Assembly: GCA_033580815.1 (NCBI GenBank)
Contig: JAVQUC010000002.1
Location: 4,259 to 68,258 of the forward strand
DNA from: Candidatus Caldarchaeum sp.
GTDB taxonomy: Archaea > Thermoproteota > Nitrososphaeria_A > Caldarchaeales > Caldarchaeaceae
Direction: 5' to 3'
Length of the DNA: 64,000 nt
The notes beneath the pieces are model-generated. The model was not told the origin of the DNA. It searched no databases and was given only the letters and a program-made list of their open reading frames with translations. A program made the translations under genes and the position numbers. Of the stretch, positions 57,861-64,000 are shown one piece after another; position 1 is the stretch's first letter; each line of letters opens with the position of its first letter.

Positions 57861-58373
57861 CTACCCATCTCCCCTCGACAAAACTGCATTGACCCATTCA
57901 TCCACGATTCGGAACACTCTCCTGTACAAGTTTTCCTCTTCCGGAGTCATTCGACGAACAATATCTCCTTCGAGTCTTTTGGCCGCTATGGAAACTATTT
58001 TGGTCATCCGCATCGTGACGATGTCAAGAAACCTTTTCCTGACGTTATCGTCGTATGCGGCTGTTTTTGAAACTTCGACGTAGAAGTGCTTTGGTATAGA
58101 CTGAAGCTCGGCAGGGTTGTTCTTTTCCCTCCATTCTGTCTGCACCAGCTGACTGGCTACGGTGGGCTTCGACACATGCTCGGCATACCCTTTAGAGACT
58201 AGGATGTCCGCGACCCAATTCCAGACGTTGAGAACAACACCTTTCTTCAAATCCTCATATGATTTACCTCCGAAGCAGAGACGCGGAATATCGGTAGTGA
58301 GAACGATTTTCGTCGTCGAATGAAGATAGTCCAGACGGTTCTCATCAATTACCTCGGCGAAGGCCCGAAACAT
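57861..58373 (-). CDS. Putative GINS subunit Gins23 (170 aa)
   Basis: Lies immediately upstream of and abutting mcm, as in the Sulfolobus gins23-mcm operon. Assignment is by size and context. Confidence 0.45.
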   Translation of the reverse strand: MFRAFAEVIDENRLDYLHSTTKIVLTTDIPRLCFGGKSYEDLKKGVVLNVWNWVADILVSKGYAEHVSKPTVASQLVQTEWREKNNPAELQSIPKHFYVEVSKTAAYDDNVRKRFLDIVTMRMTKIVSIAAKRLEGDIVRRMTPEEENLYRRVFRIVDEWVNAVLSRGDG

Positions 58374-58459
58374 CCACCCATCGACGGGATGAGACTCTAC
58401 TTAAACATAGTTTGGCACGGTAACTTCATATGCCGTGAATGTGAACTGGGATAATATTT

Positions 58460-59497
58460 TTGAGGGCGGCTGGAAAACGGGTAACAGGGATGAAAATAGC
58501 TATAGTGGGCTTGGGTGTGGCAGGGACCTATCTTTTGAGGCGTCTTTCAGTAGAGCATGAAGTGGTTGGGTTTGAAAGGCAGCCTCGCGAAAACTTCATG
58601 GCCATATGTGCGTGGGGTACTTCTCGCAATCACATCAAAAAATTCATGGCCAACGTTGACATAGACTTTGACGATTATCTCCTGCATTTAGGCGAGAACT
58701 TGATTTTGGACAACGGTCGTGAAACCTCTACGATTCCGATAAAAGGTCTCTGTACGTATGACAAAGCTCGTCTTCAGCTTGACATGACAAAGGGTCATAA
58801 AGTTCATTACGGAGTCACTCCAACGGTTGAGGATTTAGCGAAGGATTTTGACCTGATAATAGATGCGACGGGAATTTCGCGGGCGCTCTTGCCCCCGGCC
58901 GAGAGGGATGAAATCGTGCCCTGTTTCGAATACCGGGTGAGGTACAACGGCCGCATGCCCTACGAAGACTTCTACGTCCGTGTCTTCCCAAACACCAGTG
59001 GATACCTCTGGTATTTTCCGCTCAACGAAGGCGAAGTATACGTTGGTGCGGGTCATGTCTCCGGCCGTCACGTGAAAGAGGTGAATGATTTTCTCACAAA
59101 CAACGGCGGTGAGATCGTCGTCCGTTATGGAAAATCGGTGAGACTGGCGCCGCCAGAATTTCTCCAACCTTTCACCGCGGGCAAAGTCGTCGGTGTAGGT
59201 GAATCAATCGGAACCGTCTTCCCCATGCTCGGCGAAGGAATAATCCCAAGCCTAGAATGCGCTGAAATATTTGTCCAAACGCTTGGTGACTTGAAGGAAT
59301 ACGAGAAAGAAGTTCTGAGAACCTTCAAACCTTTTTCGGACATGTACAAGCTCGTCAAGCTCAGGCAGAGGAACGAGCTCAGCTTTTCCAGGCATCTCCC
59401 ACTTATCGTCCGATGCCACCAATACATGAAGAGCCGAGAGGAGAGGTTTGGGCTGACTATCCGGAAAAAGGACCTTTTGCTGATACTCAACGCCTAG
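58460..59497 (+). CDS. FAD/NAD(P)-binding oxidoreductase, geranylgeranyl-reductase-like (345 aa)
   Basis: N-terminal Rossmann GxGxxG (IAIVGLGVAG). Confidence 0.5.
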   Translation: MRAAGKRVTGMKIAIVGLGVAGTYLLRRLSVEHEVVGFERQPRENFMAICAWGTSRNHIKKFMANVDIDFDDYLLHLGENLILDNGRETSTIPIKGLCTYDKARLQLDMTKGHKVHYGVTPTVEDLAKDFDLIIDATGISRALLPPAERDEIVPCFEYRVRYNGRMPYEDFYVRVFPNTSGYLWYFPLNEGEVYVGAGHVSGRHVKEVNDFLTNNGGEIVVRYGKSVRLAPPEFLQPFTAGKVVGVGESIGTVFPMLGEGIIPSLECAEIFVQTLGDLKEYEKEVLRTFKPFSDMYKLVKLRQRNELSFSRHLPLIVRCHQYMKSREERFGLTIRKKDLLLILNA

Positions 59498-59630
59498 CAG
59501 AAGGTTTATAAAAAGCCGTCACATCGCTGGACCAAGGTGGTCGAAACTAAAGCTCGTTTGCAGAAACTGTGGTTCCGAATACCCGAACGAGCTGAGGAAC
59601 GTCTGCGATAAGTGTCTTGGCGCCCTAGAC

Positions 59631-60773
59631 GTGTTATACGAGAAAATAGAACCGGGACTAAGAGCGAGAATCGCAAGCAGCCCAGTCCGTGGGGTATGGC
59701 GTTATGCAGAACTTCTTCCGGTTGAGAAAAAGTTCCGCGTGGATATCGGCGCCGGTGGAACGCCGTTGGTTAAAGCACAAGAGTTGGGGAGAATCTTGAA
59801 CATCAGGAATCTCTACATAAAAAACGACACGGTCAACCCCTCTTTTTCATTCAAAGACAGGCCGGCCTCTGTCGCGGTCTCAAAGGCGAAGGAGTTCGGA
59901 CTTCGAGTTGTCGGATGTGCCTCCACGGGTAACCTTGCTTCGGCGACTGTTGCGCATGCGGCCGCTGCTGGGTTGACGGGGTTCGTCCTCATGCCCGACA
60001 CAGTGGAGCTGCCGAAAGTGAAACAAGCATCAATCTACGGCGGAAAGGTTATTCTCATCGACGGAACTTATGACGACGTTAACAGGCTCGCATACCTGCT
60101 TGTCGATTCATCCGAAGTGGGAATTGTCAACGTCAACCTCAGGCCCTTCTACGTCGAAGGTTCGAAAACCATGATTTACGAAGTCGTTGAAGCGCTCGGA
60201 TGGAGAGCACCGCAGCACATCGTCGTTCCGATGGCCAGCGGAGCTCTGTTCGGAGCCCTGCATAAAGGCTTGGAGGAATTCGAAAAGTTCGACGTGATAC
60301 ATGGACACGAGACAGTTTTCCACGGCGTCCAACCAGTGGGTTGCTCCCCGATATCAACTGCCTTCGAAGAAGGGGCGGACGAAATCAGGCCTGTAAAGAA
60401 ACCTGAAACACTCGTTAAAAGCTTGGCCATAGGGAACCCGGGAGACGGGCTCTATGCTCTAGCCATCGCGAGGAAAACTGGGGGAACATGCCAGAAAATC
60501 CGAGATTCTGAAACGGTCGAGGCCGTCAAACTTCTCGCCAAACACACGGGAATCTTCGCGGAGCCGGGAGGAGCGATAACGGTCGCCGCCGTCAAAAAGA
60601 TGAGAGAGGAAGGAGTCATAGATGAGGGTGACGAAGTGGTCTGCTGCGTTACGGGCGCCGGGTTCAAGGTCGACGAGGTGCTTGAGCAGATAGGCGGTCA
60701 AACCTACGTCGTGCCGGCACGGGTCGACAGGATCATCGAAGTCCTAGAGGGAAAACACTCCGTCTCTATCTAG
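59631..60773 (+). CDS. Second threonine-synthase-like PLP enzyme (380 aa from GTG). An in-frame Zn-ribbon coding segment lies upstream with no canonical start.
   Basis: PLP motif SFKDRPA and a TS-family core. Upstream in frame from 59484 is …KLKLVCRNCGSEYPNELRNVCDKCLGALDV, with no ATG/GTG/TTG codon. Confidence 0.7.
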   Translation: MLYEKIEPGLRARIASSPVRGVWRYAELLPVEKKFRVDIGAGGTPLVKAQELGRILNIRNLYIKNDTVNPSFSFKDRPASVAVSKAKEFGLRVVGCASTGNLASATVAHAAAAGLTGFVLMPDTVELPKVKQASIYGGKVILIDGTYDDVNRLAYLLVDSSEVGIVNVNLRPFYVEGSKTMIYEVVEALGWRAPQHIVVPMASGALFGALHKGLEEFEKFDVIHGHETVFHGVQPVGCSPISTAFEEGADEIRPVKKPETLVKSLAIGNPGDGLYALAIARKTGGTCQKIRDSETVEAVKLLAKHTGIFAEPGGAITVAAVKKMREEGVIDEGDEVVCCVTGAGFKVDEVLEQIGGQTYVVPARVDRIIEVLEGKHSVSI

Positions 60774-61249
60774 ACTTTGAAGATTTTCTCCCTGGGTTTC
60801 GTCGAATAAACAGTGACTACCGACTCTCTGAACCTCTTGTTCGGCACGATGATGATACATTCGTCACCCGATATGATTGTCCGAGTTAACGTGATTTCGA
60901 TAATTTTCCCCTTTTTCCCGTCGACCTCCACTTCGCTTCCGATGTTGATCCTTGGGTCCAGAACAAGCGATATGCCGGCGAAGACGTCGCTGACGTAGGG
61001 CACAAGGGAAAGGGCTAGGAGAAGGCCTAGAGCGCCCGCCGTCGCCAAAACACCGAGCACAAACTCAAAAAGCCGCCAAAGATAGGCGACATAGCCCACG
61101 TATGCGGCCGACAGGAGAACCAACACGGGATAAAGAATCTTCCTAGCCTCCTCCCTAAACCTCCGTTTTAGAAGGTGACGGACCAGAAAGACCACAACAA
61201 CGAACGCAACCGAGGCAACTAGGGTGCCGAAAATTTCAGTTTCGAGCAT
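60770..61249 (-). CDS. Small MscS-family mechanosensitive channel-like protein (159 aa)
   Basis: Three TM helices followed by an MscS beta-domain-like segment (VEVDGKKGKIIEITLTRTIISGDECIIIVPNKRF). Confidence 0.5.
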   Translation of the reverse strand: MLETEIFGTLVASVAFVVVVFLVRHLLKRRFREEARKILYPVLVLLSAAYVGYVAYLWRLFEFVLGVLATAGALGLLLALSLVPYVSDVFAGISLVLDPRINIGSEVEVDGKKGKIIEITLTRTIISGDECIIIVPNKRFRESVVTVYSTKPREKIFKV

Positions 61250-62106
61250 GCATGCAAATCATAGAATGCTGATTTTACCTTTTCCCGGTTCAAGTGCTCG
61301 TAAAAATTCTTTAGTTCGTGACTGCGGGAGCGAAAGTCATCGAGACCTTTTGAACGACGTGGTATAGACGCAGAATTCGATGATTTCCCCCAAAGATAAG
61401 GTGGAAATCGTGATTCGGGCGTGTTAGACATAATCTTCACGGTAATCGCGTTGAAAACTGCACCAAAGCTCAGAGCTCAAGATCCCGATCACGGCTTCAG
61501 CCTGGTCAGACTCATCATCGCGATTATCAGTATTTTACACGAGGTTTTAAGGCTTCGACCGGTTTCCTTCGGTGTTTCTCCGCTTTCGAGCCTTTATGGG
61601 CTAGACGGCAGTTTGCCGCCGGTTTGCCGGTTAATCTTCTCGCTCATGTTTGTTTGGGATTTTTCGCTGGTTCTAGCGCATACACAGGCTGTTAGCAGTT
61701 TTGCTCATGTCCCTTATGTGCGAGTGGCTGCGGAGAGCAAGCGCCGGTGCAGTATATACTAGAGTTGACCATCGGCTTCGTGGTCGGCATGCTGGCGCAC
61801 TTCGCAGCCCGGGGGCTTTGAGGATGATGTGCGCAAAGCAGGGGCCGGATTTCGCAGCTATTCTTGTCGTCACGCTTCCACACGTTCCTGAGCTGGTGCT
61901 CGCAAGGGGCAAGCCTCTTCTCAAACTCTCCGTCCCAGTTAAAGAGGTTCTCGATTGGTGCCCAAACCCTACATAAAGACGCGTGGAAGGCGGGTCACGC
62001 ATTCCATCATGGGTCGGTCGGTAGACTGCAACATCGAGTCTTCGCCGTAGGCATAGGGACATGCTTATTTACTCACGTCGACTCATAGGTCGATTGAGAT
62101 AATGGC

Positions 62107-62412
62107 TTGGGTCGCCGGTTGAAAGCGCTTGCGGCGTGCTTCGCCGCCTTCTTGGTGACTGCTGTACTGGTCCCCATGCTCATCGCCGCGGTGAGGATGC
62201 CGTCGTCCATGCTATATCTTCTACCACCCGACGTTATCAACTGGATAGGCTACATGGTCTGGTTTTTCGGATGGCCTAACATGGCCATGATAGCGGCGTT
62301 GGCGCTCTCCTTCGCATCTGGAAAGCTCAAAATCGCCGTTCCGGCCGGTCTGGCTGCAGGAGCCCTGTCCTACCTAGGTTTCATCGCGATAGTGACGTCG
62401 GTGTTGCCGTGA
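62107..62412 (+). CDS. Hypothetical small membrane protein (101 aa)
   Basis: Three predicted TM helices and a clean ORF. Confidence 0.35.
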   Translation: MGRRLKALAACFAAFLVTAVLVPMLIAAVRMPSSMLYLLPPDVINWIGYMVWFFGWPNMAMIAALALSFASGKLKIAVPAGLAAGALSYLGFIAIVTSVLP

Positions 62413-62570
62413 AAAGAATATACGGATTTTAGAGGAGCCATCCAACGCATAATTTCAGACACATGTGAACAGATGGAGCGGAGCCGCGGTTTCTCTGTTG
62501 CTAGTCTTGAAGCCGATTTAGATGTCTGCCGAGCCGTTTAATAGAAAGCGCGAAAAAATTATTAGAGTTG

Positions 62571-63652
62571 TTAAGCCTTCCACATGTTTTGGGATATTTC
62601 CGTTAGCCTTGTTTTTACGGTTCCCCAGTCGGCTGTTTCGGAAAGTTGATAGCTCAGAGCTGACTTGTTGACCGCGTAGCCTGTTTCCACGAGAAAGTCG
62701 AGATGCGATATTGTTTCGAGGATGGCGAGCCATTTTTCTAGGGGCTTTAAGGTGGCAAATTTTCCGCTCGACCAGCTTATTCGCTCCGCAATTAGCGAGG
62801 GCGTTGTATCACCTTGCGCTAAGGCTTGGGCCGTCTGCGACAATCTTTGATAATGGTGAGAAAATATTTCAGATATCCTCTGACGGCACTCCGTGAAAAC
62901 TTCTCCGTGTGAAGGTAGGAAGAGGTCGACCTTGAGGCTTGCGACATAAACGACGCTTTCAAGATAACTCGATAGTGGATGGTATCCAGTTAGGGGAACG
63001 TAGGCAATGTTTGAAGTGTCGTCCATCAGAATTAGGTCTCCGGTGATGGCCGTGGAGCCGTCTGTTAGTATGATATGTCCGGGCGTGTGACCTGGAGTGT
63101 GAATAACTTTCCATCTACCGATCGAGGTTTGGTCTGAAATCGCATGGTCTGGTTCTGGAAGGTTTCGGATAAAACCCAGAGCCATATTAAAAGCCGCCAT
63201 GTCTCCGACGTCGAAGATATTTGGTAACCAGTCGCCAGCTTGAAGCGCGTATTTGAGGGCCTTCAGCTCGTTTTCATGATAGAGAATTTCTGATTTTGTT
63301 TGTTCTTTGATTTTAGATGCTCCGCCGGCGTGGTCGACGTGGAGATGCGTCAAAACAATTTTCGATACATCGTGTTTTCAACCATAGGGTAAAGTTGGTC
63401 GACCGTGTCCGGGTATCCCGTATCGACCAGAACGTATCCATCGCCATGCGGCAACAGAAAAGCCCTGACGGGCTTATGAACACCAGAATGGAGTTCAACG
63501 ACCTTGACACCGCCTAAAGCCTCCCAAACCTCTACCAACCCATGACGAATGAGACGACGCATTTGATTAAAATTTCTTACAAACACATCCGGAAAGAAAA
63601 GTTGCATACGAAATCTTTGGTCCGGAACAGGAATGACTCCACTTTCGGGCAT
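62571..63652 (-). pseudogene. MBL-fold metallo-hydrolase interrupted by a single frameshift in a T4/A4 homopolymer at about 63352-63355
   Basis: ORFs 63350..63652 (…VLVDTGYPDT…MYRKLF*) and 62571..63353 ((L)THLHVDHAGG…) are N- and C-terminal parts of one MBL protein. Adding one T to the run restores …KLFLTHLHVDH…. Confidence 0.6.
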
Positions 63653-63687
63653 CTCTCAATTTTTTAGCCCGGCAGATGGAGAAATAG

Positions 63688-64000
63688 ATGCGGATGCCGG
63701 TCTTCAAACACGAGGAAAAACTTTCACCGGAATACGTTCCCGAAAAGCTTCTCTTCAGGGAAGGCGAGCTGAAGCTTCTTTTCGCCTTTTTTTCGTCTCT
63801 TTTGACGGACGAAAGGCCTTTTCACGTCAGAGTTTATCTCTCTGGTGCCGTCGGAACGGGGAAGACCAGTTTGGCCAAGATGTTTGGCCAATCAATCGAG
63901 CAAGAGGCGAGGAAACAGGGTAGAAAAATCCGGTTTCTACACATCAACTGCCGCATCCACAAATCCCTATACACCATATTGCGTAAAGTCGTTGAGCAGC
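63688..64000 (+). CDS. cdc6: Orc1/Cdc6 replication initiator, N-terminal part. The gene continues beyond the window.
   Basis: MRMPVFKHEEKLSPEYVPEKLLFREGELKLL… then Walker A LSGAVGTGKTSLAK. Not in the ORF track because there is no stop within the window. Confidence 0.8.
   Translation, partial: MRMPVFKHEEKLSPEYVPEKLLFREGELKLLFAFFSSLLTDERPFHVRVYLSGAVGTGKTSLAKMFGQSIEQEARKQGRKIRFLHINCRIHKSLYTILRKVVEQ

Noticed and set aside
63633-63923. 96-aa ORF overlapping the cdc6 start
   Set aside because: Wrong frame. The Orc1/Cdc6 frame (from ATG 63688), with Walker A GTGKT, explains the region.
1-64000. CRISPR arrays, IS elements, integrases and prophage genes
   Set aside because: Scanned for direct-repeat arrays and transposase/integrase-like ORFs and saw none. 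The tRNA genes are not flanked by integrase genes or duplicated tRNA 3' ends.

Overview
This is an archaeal chromosomal segment, about 55% GC, with genes packed tightly and many start/stop overlaps (ATGA, GTGA, TTGA). Elf1, an unsplit rpoB, a single-ORF rpoA, Alba, F420/LLM enzymes and a Sulfolobus-like gins15-priS / gins23-mcm layout point to a TACK-type archaeon.

Gene order, start to end:
- A-type ATPase A (C-terminus only) and B subunits, then an MFS transporter.
- A PNPOx-like gene translationally coupled to a PNPOx-UbiA prenyltransferase fusion.
- An ~18.8 kb purine-catabolism locus (5188-23955): two unusual transcarbamylase paralogs, a CysK-like PLP enzyme, a V4R protein, a threonine-synthase-like PLP enzyme with a Zn ribbon, carbamate kinase, three-subunit xanthine-dehydrogenase-type molybdoenzyme, an SsnA-like amidohydrolase, an F420/LLM oxidoreductase, adenine deaminase and a BMP-type nucleoside ABC transporter.
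- Archaeal-type PEP carboxylase.
- The conserved transcription cluster rpoH-rpoB-rpoA-L30e-NusA-S7, in which rpoA is a single 1254-aa ORF (A'+A'' fused) and rpS12 is missing.
- tRNA-Lys(CUU), GGGP synthase and Elf1.
- A YqgF/RuvC-like nuclease-fold protein coupled to a Clp1-type polynucleotide kinase.
- gins15-priS with a 44-aa small ORF coupled upstream, tRNA-Val(UAC), an unannotated rpL40e, and Alba.
- AspRS, a flavin reductase, a tandem-RAM protein, a ROK kinase, a FAD oxidase, a RIO-type kinase, CCA-adding enzyme, ThpR, a Tmk-like kinase, RNase Z, Trm11, Prs.
- A coupled pair of unknown genes, a dual-specificity phosphatase, hel308-mcm-gins23.
- A second TS-like gene with an orphaned in-frame Zn ribbon, an MscS-like channel, a frameshifted MBL-fold hydrolase, and the 5' end of orc1/cdc6.

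I saw no CRISPR array, IS element or integrase.

The most interesting candidate system is the purine/carbamoyl-phosphate locus. It resembles the bacterial ygeW-yqeA/xdh/ssnA anaerobic purine-fermentation clusters, here in an archaeon with an F420 enzyme and Zn-ribbon PLP enzymes.
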